From positions 13,020,001 through 13,084,000 of the forward strand of contig NC_083426.1 of assembly GCF_020745735.1 (NCBI RefSeq): a stretch of DNA of 64,000 bases, written 5' to 3'. The number at the start of each line of letters is the position of its first letter. Position 1 is the first letter of the stretch. Origin of the DNA: Hemiscyllium ocellatum. Taxonomy: Eukaryota. The position numbers and the translations under genes were made by a program. Under the pieces are notes generated by a model. It ran no database searches. It had not been told where the DNA came from and saw only the letters and a list, made by a program, of their open reading frames with translations. Below are positions 37,851 through 50,659 of the stretch, piece after piece.

Positions 37851-39897
37851 AGTTCAGAACATGGTTATTACCTGGTTTGTCATTCTTGAGAGGAGGATTG
37901 TTTAGAGTGAACAACATCAATCAGCATTGGAAAAGGCAATCTGATGTAATAAAAGCTAATATCATTTTAACACTGGCTATTTAACATACTTACCAGTACT
38001 GCTTTAACAAATCTGTTTTTGTCAATTGTTAACCCTACCGATATAGTCTGATAAATAAGGAATTGGGTGGAACTTTGCCTTTGTGATTGCTTTGACATCT
38101 TCTTTAATTAACATAAATCTGTTGAACCATCAGCATTAAGTACTAACAGCACTGGGCGACTCCAAATTCTTTGACTGGATTCAGGTGGGTTCTATATCAA
38201 GCATCATGTAAACAAATGTTTGAACAAGTAGTAATTGGCAGGTGGCAGATGATTGAGTGCTCAGGCTGTGTACAGATGCACCTTTTGTTAGCAACAAGGA
38301 GCTGATTAGTCTATGGACTAGTGACCAGTTGCCAATAACAGATCTTTTTGATCTGCCAACACCCATCAGATTTCTTTTAAGGTAACGCAACAGCTTGAGG
38401 CTGTGATCAAGTTACAGAGAGAGACAGATGTGCTCAGTTTTTCCCCAGCTTGGAAGGGTCTCTCTGTTCTCTGCAGTCAAAACTTACTGTGTACCTGAGG
38501 AAAACCAATTTATCTTTTTGGCAGCAGTTGTTACACACTGCCACTTTTAGCTGATAGAGATATGTTAAAAATGAAATGATTGTTTTGAGTCTCTTATCAA
38601 CCAGTGGAAGTATCAGGAGAACTGAAGCAATATGCTGGCTGGCGGAAGAGTCATAAAACATCCCAAAAGCAAAGCCCAGGACAACATACCACAGAGCTGT
38701 CTTTCTACCCTCTCCACCCTACCCCCTCTACCATGCGTATGCATCTGAATATAACCCTGCTTTCATATCAATTATAAAGCATTTAAGCTCTTGTTTGATC
38801 ATTATGGAGAATTACGGAGAATTAGGAAATAGGATACATTTCCAACCCCAAAGCGACGCTTGGTTCTGCCTTCTGCCAGACAGCCAAGCTTCTATCCATA
38901 CTAGTATCTAGCCTCTAACACCATACTCAGCAGCCTCCTGTATGGTACATTATCAAAGGCTTTCTGGAAGTCCAGACAGATAACAACCTTAGCTTAACCT
39001 GCTCATTACCTCCTCAAAGAATTCTAACAGATTTGCCAAGCATGAACTCCCCTTGGTGAAATCATGCTGGTTTTGCCCTACTCTGCCATGCACTTCCAAA
39101 TATTCAGAAATCTCGTCCATCACAATGAACTCCAAAACCTTACCATTGACAGAGGCCGGGCTAATCGGCTTTTTTCTGTGGGACCCCAGTGCATCTGAAT
39201 GTTTCTGTCCTGTCTGAAACCAGAGTTCCTCATTGGTGCTAACACAGTAACTCCAAGCTTTTGTTTGAAGTGACAAAAGTTCTACAATGTCAGCACCTTA
39301 GACCACCCAAAGTGTTTCAGGCAAGGGAGGGCTATGGTGCAATGGCGTTGCTCATGATTGCATCATCCAGAGACCTTGGCTCAAGTCACACAATGGTGGA
39401 TTGAGGGATTTGAACTTTACAAATCTGGACCCTTTAGGGAAGGAAATCTGCTGGCTGACATGTGACTCCAGACTCATAGCAATGTGGTTGATGTACAACT
39501 GCCTTTGAAATTCAGAATGTGCTCAACTCAGGGATAATTACAGATGAGCAACATGGAGACCAGTGGCTGCTGCATCCCGCAAAAGAATTTATGAAATAAT
39601 ATTTCAAAATGTAAAATTTAGCACAATATCCATTGTGTGCACTGTATCCAATATCACACCTGATTCAAAAATATGCCCCATCACTTTGTACAGAAGAGAC
39701 ACAAGAGTTGGTTAGGGATAGTCAGCATGGTTTTGTGGTGGGAAAACGTGTCTCTCAAATCTAATTGAGTTTTTTGTGGAAGTAAGCAAAACCATTCAGG
39801 TGTTAGTAAAATGCCAACAGCCGAAGAACAAGTGAAGGGATGGCCTATAATCTGATTAATTGAGATGGAGAGATAATAACAAAATAACAATATGTTG

Positions 39898-40188
39898 GTG
39901 CTGGAGACAAACCGAATGACTGGAATAACATGCTAGGTATAAGAATCGCATTCCAAGGGTCTCACCAAAGTTACAAGTAACATGTAGCGTTACATGTGAC
40001 CCCAGCATATTGTTCTATAAAATCCTCCTTACTGTTCTGCTTTGACACAATCACCTTGGTAATTGTTGTGATCTTTCTACCCTAATTAGCTTGTACAGTT
40101 TTGGATTAATTGTTACTTTGGTGAAACCCTTAACGTGTGACTCTTATACCTAGCACGTTGTTCCAGCCATTTGGTTTGTCTCCAGCAC
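39898..40188. mobile_element. Fold-back element with ~80-bp imperfect terminal inverted repeats (MITE or PLE fragment)
   Basis: gtgctggagacaaaccgaatgactggaataacatgctaggtataag...caccaaagttac (39898-39980) vs reverse complement of 40107-40188. Confidence 0.75.
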
Positions 40189-41321
40189 TACCTTAGAACA
40201 TAGAACATTGCAGCGCAGTACATGCCCTTTGACCCTCGATGTTGCACCGATCTGTGAATCCAATCTGAAGCCTATCTAACCTATACTATTCCATTCTCTA
40301 TCCAATGGACCAAAGGGTCTGTTTCTACTCTGTCCATCTCTATGACTCTAAATGCCCGTAACATTGGTGAGACGACAACTGTTGAAGATTATTTATAATT
40401 TTTTGTCATTATCTGTCTGCATCAATCAATCAGATTATAGGTCATCCCTTCACTTGTGTTGGGTACTTATTTTTCCGAGTAAAAGGAATAACCAGGCACA
40501 GGAACTCCACGATGAGTTCTCTGAGATTTTGTTGCAGAGGTGCAGCAGTTATATAGATGGTTCACTACTGCAAAGATGTAACATCTTCATAGATGGCATA
40601 GGGTAGCTGCTGCTGTTTAGATGTGAAAAGGCAGCTCTCTCCTGTCCAATCACAGCTCACATTTTTATACCCCTGTGGTTTCTGTGCTTTGGGTGTAAAT
40701 GTATTAGTTCTGTCTATAGCATTGTTAATTTCTATAATAATGTCAATTTCTATAGCAATGTCCATTCCTTTAGCCATCAAAACTGACCTCTGCAGTTAAC
40801 CCCTTTTGTTCACTTAAGCACTTTAGCCATTAACCAGAATTGTTCAATGAAGTGTTGCATATCACGCAAACCTAATACTGTGGTTACCTTCTGCTGTTCG
40901 CCTAATTGCTTCATCTATTTTAAAGCTCCTATGCTCCTTCTATAATCAGTTTCCCAGTTAGCAATATGAAGCCACTGTTTTCACTCTGTGAGCAGCTACT
41001 AAGAATCGTTATGTTTTAGCAATTCTAAACTGCTATTCTTAACCCTGTAAGTATCTGCTAAGAACCCATTCATGGACTAATCAAGTCCCATTATGCTTTT
41101 TTCTGATCTGATTAAGTCCAATTTAATCCTGTTTTGTTCCATGGGCTTCCACTGAATCCCACAAATTATTATTCAGCTGTTGACACTTTACTCACACCGG
41201 CTGACACTCTTGATTACCTGCAGAGACACATTATTCAGCTTGTCAAAATTCCACTCTTACCATTTCTGTGATCTTTTGATCTCTCTGATTGTGAAGTTTG
41301 TGCCCGGGTGCTCTTTTCACT

Positions 41322-41440
41322 TCACCTGACGAAGGGGCAGTGCTCTGAAAGCTTGTGATCTCAAATGAATCTGTTGGGCTAGTACCTCATGTCACGTGAC
41401 TTATGGCCTTGTCCACCTCAGTCCAACATTGGCACATCCA
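41322..41440 (+). mobile_element. Penelope-like family-2 3' end with intact minimal hammerhead motif
   Basis: TCAC-CTGACGA-A-GGGGC agt GCTCT-GAA-AGCT-T-GTGA (41322-41358), followed by the ttgtccacctcagtccaaca terminus. Confidence 0.7.
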
Positions 41441-43520
41441 CTTCAAAAAGATTCAGGGCAAGCAATAGACATTGTTCATATGAACTTTAGTAAAGCCCTT
41501 GACAAGGTTCCACATGGTAGACTAATTAGTGAAGTTAGATCACATAAGATTCAGGGTGAGCTTGCTAATTTGATACAAGATTGGCTTTATGGTACGAGAC
41601 AGAAGGTGATTGTGGAGGGTTGTTTTTCAGACTGGAGAGCTGAGATCAGTAGTGTTCCATGGGGATCGGTAATGGGTCCACTTTTGTTTCTTATTTATAT
41701 AAATAATTTGGATGAGAGTATTTGAGGCATGGTTAGTAAGTTTGTGGATGACACCAAGGTTGGTGATATAGTGAACAGTGAAGAAAGTTATCTAAGATTA
41801 CAAAGAGATTTTGATTAATTGGGTCAATTGACTGGAATTTAATTTGGATAAGTGCAAGGTATTGCATTTTGGCCACAGAGTCATACAGTCACAGAGTCGC
41901 ACAGTCATAGAGTCGTACAGTCAGAGTCATACAGTCACAGAGTCGTACAGTCATAGAGTCATACAGTCACAGAGCCATACAGCCATAGAGTCATACAGTC
42001 ATAGAATCAAACAGTCATAGAGCCATACAGTCATAGAGTCAAATAGTCATAGAGTCTTACAGTCATAGAGTCATACAGTCATAGAGTCAAACAGTCATAG
42101 AGCCATACAGTCATAGAGTCATGCAGTTATAGAGTCGTACAGTCATCGAGTCATACAGTCATAGAGTCAAACAGTCATAGAGTCATACAGCACGGAGACA
42201 GGCCCTTTGGCCCAAACTGATCCATGCCAGCCAAAATTCCCTTCTATGCTAACCCCATTTCCCTGCTCATATCCTTCTAATTCTTTCTTATCCATGTATT
42301 TATCCAAATGCCTTTTAAATGTTGTTAATGCACCTGCCTCGACCACTTCAGCTGGTAGCTCATTCCATATGCGCCCCACCCTCTGTGTAAAAAGATTTCC
42401 CCTCAGGTTCTCTTTTATCCTTTCCTCTCTAACCTTACATAAATGCCCTCTAACCTTGATTTCCCAAATTCTAGGAAAAAGACTAAGTGCATTCACCCTA
42501 TCCATGCCTCTCATGATCTTATACACTTCTAAAAGATCCCTCCTCAATTTCCTTGGTCTAAAGAAAAAACTCCTAGCTTGCCCAGCCTCTCCCTACGACA
42601 CAGACCCTTTGAGTGCTGGCAACATCCTCATAAATATCTTCTGAACTCTTTCCAGTTTAATAACATCCTTCCTATAGCAAGGTGACCAAAATTGAACACA
42701 ATACTTCAACTGTGGCCTCACCAACATCCTGTACAACTGCAACATAATTTCCCAACTTTTATAGAGTTCCTGCTGAAGGACTTTTACCCAAAACATTGAT
42801 TCTCCTGCTCCCTAACGCTCCATGATCTGCTGTGCTTTTCTAGCACCACATTCTCAACTTTCCAACTTATATAGTCAATATCTTGACTAATGAAGGACAG
42901 TGTGAAAAAGCCTTCTTCACTGTCATTTTCAGAGAACTGTATACCTGAAATCCAAGGTCCCTCTGTTCCACTACACTTCTTAAGACCCTACTATTCACCA
43001 TGAAATTCTTACCTTGGTTTGGCATTCCAAAATGCAAGATCTCACACTTATCTATATTAAACTCCATTTGCCATTTCTCAACGCACATCCCCAGCTGATC
43101 AAGATCCTGCTACAATTTCTGATAACCTTCCTCACTGTCCATGATACCACCTATTTCAGTGTCATCTTCAAGCTTACTACTCATGCCTTGTACATTCTCA
43201 TCCAAATCATTGATACAGATAAAAAAACAGCAATGGGCCCAGCACTAAAGCCTGAGGCACTCTATCCAACACGCATACTTCCACTATTACCCTCTGCTTT
43301 CTATCATCAATCCAATTATATATTAATTGGTAAAGCAAACAAGGACAGGGCTTACACAATTAATGGTAGAGCCTGTGGTAATGTTGTGGAACAGAGAGAC
43401 CTAGGGGTTCAGGTATATAATCCTTTGAAACTTGCATCACAGATAGGCAGGGTGTTTACGAAGACATTTAGCACACTCACCTTCATTGCTCTAACCTTTC
43501 AATACAAGAGTTGGGACGCC
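41440..43520 (+). mobile_element. CR1 RT fragment split by an antisense CR1 insertion (41873-~43325)
   Basis: + strand RT (MNFSKALDKVPHGRL, PLLFLIYIN) breaks at gcattttgg (41872) and resumes ggtaaagcaaac (43329); insert ORFs 42167-43088 are - strand RT C-terminus. Confidence 0.88.
41873..42190. repeat. Expanded octamer CR1 tail microsatellite (cagtcata/gagtcata), ~39 units
   Basis: Alternating 8-mers give a 16-bp higher-order period; contiguous with the CR1 3' end at 42190. Confidence 0.95.
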
Positions 43521-45304
43521 CGAAAGCCATGAACAAACCAGGGGCTGGGTTTTTAATTCCCACTTTGAGCACATTGGGGGCGTCAAACAGAAAGTGTGTA
43601 TGGCCAGGTGGTTCCATTTCCCAGGCCAATCCCAACACCCACAACTTTATCTGCACTTACAAATGGGAGACGAAGAAAACCAGTGAGAAGAGAGGAATTC
43701 CCCTCCACTGAACTTCATTCATCTTCCCAACATCAAAGTTCAGTGTGAATGGAAAATATTAGTCAATCGTATGGTCAAGAGGCTCTCCATGTAGTACTGG
43801 GGAATCTGGCCCTAGAGGTAGTCACAGGCTGACCTTTCAGGATTATTGGAGCAAAAACTCAATGTACACTTTAATGTGTGTGACAGAATCAGTGAATGTG
43901 ACTCAATACGAGGAACTCAGTGTTGAAAATCAAGTTTGAGATTGCAAATTACAAGGGAGGTTGCTATAATAATGAAAGAGGAGTTCTCATTTGATTAAAT
44001 ATTATGTTTTCTGGCATTCACATCTCCCTCCACCATCAGCTCACCCAGGTTTGTCTCTTAAATGTTGAAATCTATGCAATACATCTTTACCATACGATGA
44101 ACACTGCCTCATTAAAATGCTGAGGGAGAGGCCAATACAATCTACAGTAAAGCTCAGGCCATTAGGCACTAGGGAAAAAAGTGGGGCTGGAAAATCAAAA
44201 ACACAGATAACTCAATGGTTAGTGATTGAGCTGGACAAGAGAAGGGTTGCAGGCAAGTTCTGTCCATGGTTATTAATATTTGAGACAAACTCATCATCGT
44301 TCTGACAGACTGACTGCCTCAATGCAGAACTCCAGTCAGGGCAAAGAGTGAAAACTTCCAGACCTGGAGGAGGTGAGAGGGTTTGAATTGATTGGGTGAG
44401 GGTAAACAGTTCAGATTCTCACTGGCACAGTAAAGTGTTGTGAGGAACTTGTCTAACCCCAAAAGACGAAGCAAATTTCCAAACTACAGACATCAGAAAG
44501 TAGAATGGTATCTATTAGTATCTCTGTGTAAATACAGCTCATGAAAAGTAAGTGGTCCTTTCCAATTAATTGTATTTACCATTCAAAAGGTCTCAAGAGG
44601 CGTGATGGTAGTGTTCACACCTCTGAGTCACAAGACCCAGGTTGAATAGGAAAATATCTATTTGTCAACAGAAAAAGTGTCCCAGGCTCTTAGTATGCAG
44701 CTCATTTGATAAGGTTTCGTGTGGGAGACTGATAGCATAGCGAAGAGCACATGGAATCCAAGAAAATTCTGCAAATTGAATCCACAATTACTGAGTGGGA
44801 GAGATTATTTTTCTGACTGGAAGTCTGTGTACTGTGAAGTTTAACAGAGGTCAGTGTTGCTGCATTTACTCTTTGTGGTTTATGTAAATTATACCAATTT
44901 GTATGTAAGAGGGTTGATCAGTACGTTTATCAGGTAACAAAAAAATTGGTGAGGTGGTAAATGAGGAGTATGATAGCCTTTGACTAAACCAAGATATTGA
45001 CAAACTGAGCAGATTGGCTGATTAACGGCAAATCGATAAATGTGATTGGGCAGGAGAATACATCATGAACAGTAAGACCCTGGGAAGCACACAGTCAGGT
45101 TTGATAGAGATGAGAAGTAATAAAAATAAGAGGCCATTTGTGGGAATAGTTTATACACCCCTAACTGTAATCACGCTGCAGTATACAGAATAAACATAAT
45201 GGGTGCTGGTGAAAGCGATATGACAATAATTGTAGTGATTATTTGACTTCAATATAAATGACTTGGCTGAAAGGACTGAATACATACTTGCTAAATTTAC
45301 TTAT

Positions 45305-45710
45305 GGTTAGATTCCCTACAGTGCAGAAACCGGCCCTTCGGCCCAACAAGTCCACACTGACCCTCCGAAGAGTAATCCACCCAGACACATTCCCCTACTC
45401 CCTACCAATGCAGCTATCACTATGGCCAATTCACCTAAGTTGCACATCACTGGACTGTGGGAGGAAACCAGAGCTTCAGAAGGAAGCCCACACAGACACA
45501 GAGAGAATGTGCAAACTCCATGCAGACACAGTCCCTGGTGCTGTGAGGCAGCTGTGCTAACCACTGAGCCACTGCATCCAAAGATGTGATTAGTCTTTAG
45601 AGGTGCATTAGTCAGAGGGAAATGGGTCTGGGTGGGTTACTCTTCAGAGGGTCGGTGTGGTCTTGTTGGGCCGAAGGGCCTGTTTCCACACTATAGGGAA
45701 TCTAACCTAA
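45305..45710. mobile_element. Inverted pair of HE1-type V-SINEs (- copy 45305-45575, 5'-truncated + copy ~45578-45710)
   Basis: ttagattccctacagtg...ggcccttcggcccaacaag vs cttgttgggccgaagggcc...ctatagggaatctaa; absent from duplicate copy B. Confidence 0.85.
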
Positions 45711-48488
45711 CGTAGAAATTTGCAGTAAAGTAATTTGCTAAGAGGACACAAGAAATATGTATAGATAGATAGTGATCAGTTCAGTGAGTGGGAAAATCTT
45801 TGGCAAAATGTGGAATAACGTGTCTGTATTCTCATTGCAAGGAACAATAGAAAAACAGCATCATATTCCTATGGAGAACACCAGCCAGATTCTGACATAA
45901 AAAAGGGATTGGGAATGTGCTGGGATATGAATCATGAAGGGCTGGAATATGAAACCAGCAAGTGATAGTGAACTGATTGTTGTGATTTTTTTGCAAAGGA
46001 AGTGGAATATAAAATTCAGGATGGTTTGCCTCAGTTGTAAAGGGTATTGCTGAGATCACATTTGGAATTTTGCACACAGATTTCATTTCTCTATTTAATA
46101 AATGATACAAATGGACGACAAGCTGTTCAGAGAAAGCTCACTTCACTGATATCTAACATGAGGAAGTATGGTTATCTCATGGGGAGATGCAGAATAGTTG
46201 GGGTTGCAAAGAGGAACTTACAGCTTGCTGTATTGTACACTGTCACTCTCCTTCCAAAATGATGGAGCTCAAGGATCTTCCAGCTCAGAGAGTACAATAG
46301 AAAGCACCAATTCTGGATCTCGTATTAACTGAGAGACATTCCCGACCAATATTCTATTGTGTGTTCAAAGCTCAATAACTCTCAATCTGATTACACATTA
46401 AACAATCACACTATGCTCACACAACCTACAATACATTCAATGTTTTGTTGGAACACCTTTGGAGGGAGGGGTTCATGGCGGTAATAGAAATTTCTTTATT
46501 AGCTTCAGGTAGAAATGATTTTGTGCTGTATTAATTATAGTTCTTTGTGTAATCAGAGTCTCATGAGGGAATGGGCTATAATCCTTTGGTTGCTCTTTTC
46601 TGCGCTGGCAGTTTGCTCTGTTTCAATCACCCGCTACACTCGTTTTCACACATCCCAGGCACACTGATTTAAACCTTTCTTTCTGACCCTTACAAATATT
46701 TCCCTTCAGTTCAAAAGCTCAAGCACTTTTAAAGTTGCCTAGAAAAGCAGCAAATAACCCACAAATAAATGATTTATTCATTAACCAGAATGAGCCAATG
46801 TCACTATTCTAGTAGTATAATAATGGCTTCTGAAGTTCATGTTATACTTGCCATCAGAATGTTTCATTGGTGTGGAAATCTTTGACTTAAATTGGAAACC
46901 AGACATGGAATGAATCAAATACACAATTGATACAAAATAATTCTTATAGTTTAATTGTTATCTTATAACCCTATCTACAGACAAATGTGACATTGAACTG
47001 AGGTGTGAGAGGCAGCACCTGAAAGTCCCCTCATTCAACCATAGTGTGTTCTATTGTACAATCCGGAACATGAGATGGATTAACATGGGCGTACACCTGG
47101 GAAATAGAATCTCCCCTGACTCCAGGAAAATTAAACACATTCAGAGGAAGATGTTTTGGCAGTCAAAACCTCACCATCTCAACAAAGCTACCTTCACCCA
47201 CCCACTCACCTGTGAGTTTTTGACAAGTGTCTCTTGAAATGCCTTTGAATGATGCTCAATCTTCATCACTTCCCATGTTTTAAGTTCATTTCTTATTCTG
47301 TTCTCCAGCCAAACAAGAGAAGGATCAATTGGAAACATGACTCACAGAACAGAAATGAAACCGATCTCTACTTGAAGATGCGTCAGGAGATTCATTAACT
47401 CATACAAGAATGTCCAAAATATTTTGGCTTGTATTTCAAAATTATTTTGCAATTTTCTGATATGTTTTATAACTGACGCTGGAGAGGGCACAGTCATTCT
47501 GGTCCTAACACTACACGGCTGACTGCACAAAATAAAGACAATTTCCCAGTCCCCTTTACAATCAATTATCCATGTCAATCCACAATTGATCAATTAGGTT
47601 TCTTAATAAATACAGTTGTCAAGCTGTTATGAAATGAAATGTATTCAACAAAGGTGAAATAATTGGTTAACATACACAGTCTGTGAGATAGAAGTATAAA
47701 TACTTAACCTTCTAAATTTACCCTAACTACTGACATAAACATACTCACACACATACACATATACTCACACTCTGGCAAATAGGAAATAAAACCGATTTCT
47801 CTGCAGAAAGATAAACACATTAGCCAATGGATTACTTAGAGGGAAAAACATAGGATGCTTCAAGTCTGTTATACTGATGTTCTGGCAAGAGTGTTCAAGT
47901 AACTAATCACGTATGGTCATGTCAGCTATCTTTTGCGACAGCATTATCAAGAAACACAATTTTCAGCTGACCTTTCAAAAGCACAACCATGAACTGATAC
48001 AGAGGCTTTCTGTTCAGAAACTATAGAGTCATTTAGTCATACCCTTCGATCTATCTGGTCCACATGAAAACGTTCTTAAAGTAAACGGATCCCATGGTTT
48101 GACCCATATCCCTCCAAACCTTTCCTATTTATTCACTTATCCAAATGTTCCAACTGTACCTGCATTCACAACCTTCTCTGACACTTCACGCCACATGCCA
48201 ACTACCCCTTGAGTCCTTATTAAGTCTTTCTCCCTCACCTTAAAATATGCTCCCTAATTTTGAACTCCTGCACCATAGAGATAAGACACTTAGTATTCAC
48301 CTTTTCTATGCACCCCCCCCACATGATTTTATAAACTTCTACAAAGTCACCCCTCAACTTCCTACACTCCAGTGAAAGTAATCCCAACCTATCCAACCAA
48401 TTTTAATAACACACACTCTCCATTCCTACCAACACCCTGGTCAATATTTTCGGAACCCTCTCCAGTTTAGTAATGCTATTCCTATAAC

Positions 48489-49071
48489 TGAGACTTTATA
48501 AAGCTCTGGTTAGCCCCATTTTGGAGTACTGTGTCCAGTTTTGGTCCCCACACCTCAGGAAGGACATACTGGCACTGGAATGTGCCCAGCGGAGATTCAC
48601 ACGGTGATCCCTGGAATGGTTGGCCTAACATATGAGGAACGGCTGAGGATCCTGGGATTGTATTCATTGGAGTTTAGAAGATTAAGGGGAGACTTAATAG
48701 AAACTTACAAGACAATACATGACTTGGAAAGGGTAGACGCTAGGAAATTGTTTCCGTTAGGCGAGGAGACTAGGACCCGTGGGCACAGCCTTAAAATTAG
48801 AGGGGGTCAATTCAGAACAGAAATGCGGAGACATTTCTTCAACCAGAGAGTGGTGGGCCTGTGGAATTCATTGCCGCAGAGTGCAGTGGAGGCCGGGACG
48901 CTAAATGTCTTCAAGGCAGAGATTGATAGATTCTTGATGTCATGAGGAATTAAGGGCTACGGGGAGAATGTGGGTAAGTGGAGTTGAAATGCCCATCAGT
49001 CATGATTGAATGGCGGAGTGGACTCGATGGGCCGAATGGCCTTACTTCCACTCCTGTGTCTTATGGTCTTA
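48489..49071 (+). mobile_element. Young CR1 3' fragment nested in older antisense CR1 (48020-49150)
   Basis: ORF 48541-48945 (YEERLRILGLYSLEFRRLRGDLIETYK); tcttatggtctta tail; possible taac TSD. Confidence 0.9.
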
Positions 49072-49699
49072 ACAGCGTGATCAAAATTGGACACAACGTA
49101 ATCCAGAAGGCCCAACCAACTTCCTGTACAAACTAGACATGGCGTCCCAAAGGTTTGAGCAATGAAGATGGTTGAGCAGTGAAGGTGGAAAGGTCAGCTG
49201 GACAGCTTTATCTTTGTAAGCTTTCCTCCAAATTAACTTGTTCTAATCAAGCTTTCCATCACATCAGTTTGTCTTTAACAGGCTTCCCGCCAACTAAACC
49301 AGATAAAATAAACACCTCTCCAAGTCAGTAACTGATCGAAACAGCATAGTAGTATATACGGCAAAGCAAGCCATTATCATCAGTCCTGTTATTTCGTATT
49401 AAAAGAAACCACTCATGTCAAGTATACCATCAATGTCCTATTTTTTTGTGACCACAAAACTGAAAATAAGTTTCTTTTTCACAATACTTGAAACCTTGGA
49501 ACGTCAAAGCAATCTTCAATATAAAGTATCTTCATAACAGCAAGGTGATATTTTATTCTTTATTTACAATCTGAAAAACTTTGTAATGTTTCCCCAAAGT
49601 GTATGAATTGTTTCTGTTATAAAAAAGTAATTAATGTTTACTTATTGATTCAGGAGCAAGTTGTCATCTGTGGCAATTGTCACAAATTATAAGATTCAA

Positions 49700-50015
49700 G
49701 GAAGCAGCACAGTGGTTCAGCAGTTAGTACTGCTGTCTCACAGCACCAGGGTCCCAGTTTCGATTCCAGTCTCGGGTGACTGTCTGTGTGGAGTTTGCAC
49801 ATTCTCTCCGTGTCTGTGTGGGTTTCCTCTGGGTGCTCCAGTTTCCTCCCACAGTCCAAAGATGTGCGAGTCAGGTGAATTGGCCATGCTAAATTACCCA
49901 TAGTGTTAGGTGCATTAGTCAGAAGGGAAATGGGTCTGGGTGGGTTACTCTTCAGAGGGTCAGTGTGAACTGGTTATGCCAAAAGGGTCTGTTTCCATAC
50001 TGTAGGGAATCTAAA
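49700..50015 (+). mobile_element. HE1-type V-SINE
   Basis: gcagcacagtggttcagcagttag head, V-domain, tgtagggaatcta tail. Confidence 0.9.
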
Positions 50016-50659
50016 AAAAACAGAATCCCAGTTTGCATTAACCAGCAGTAACTACCTAAAAAAAAAGGTGTTTCATTATGTTATTGAAATGTAATTGGGT
50101 TAATTCCCATAGATATGTGGAGGTGAGGTTGGGAGCAAGCAGAGAGTCCCATTATGGAAGTTCCAAATCACAGCCACATTCTGCCTAATTCCAAGTGTCA
50201 TGTGGACTGATTGCCTGAGAATCAGGAACTGTCCAGCAGTGGTCCAATACATCTCCTCGTAGCTAATACTCTCCAAAGCAGGCAACTTCCTGGTCAACCT
50301 CTCCAAAGCCACCACAAACTTCGCGTAGCTGTGGCGACATGAACTGCACACAATATTCCAAATGTGGCTGAACTAAGGTGCTTTACAGCTGCAGCATGAC
50401 ATGACAATATTTCTACTCTAAGCTCCAACTGATAAAGACAGGCATGACTTAAGCTTTCTTGAGCATTTTAGCCCTAGTGTTGCCACTTTCAGGGAAATCT
50501 GGGTGTATGCCTCGATACTTCTGTATGTTAAAGCTTCTTAGGATTCTGCGTTTTACCGTATACTTCCCAATTTCATGAGACGTTCCAAAATGCATCACTC
50601 CACATTTGTCCAGACTGAATTCCATCAGGCATTTCTCCACCCAAGTCTCCAAGATATCT

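Larger units (their letters stand above)
35760..48440 (+). repeat. Segmental duplication copy A (interrupted by many later insertions)
   Basis: Colinear blocks 35760-36248, 44262-45300, 45715-46180, 46715-47450 and 47595-48440 match copy B at an estimated 75-85% identity (by eye). Confidence 0.85.

Noticed and set aside
46340-46440. DQYSIV as a terminal ITIM exon
   Set aside because: No adequate acceptor, an in-frame stop just upstream and the wrong phase
47200-47593. Paralogous - strand ORFs (47342-47593 / 57279-57611, FWTFL..LMNLLTHLQVE) as a coding exon
   Set aside because: In my manual count only ~5 of ~26 differences are synonymous (near neutral expectation), copy A has an in-frame stop, and there is no recognisable family
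49282-49400. Acceptor followed by ASRQLNQIK* / IVVYTAK as the receptor's final exon
   Set aside because: The in-phase frame stops after 9 codons and the Tyr motif is out of frame and not ITIM-like; it cannot be supported without transcripts
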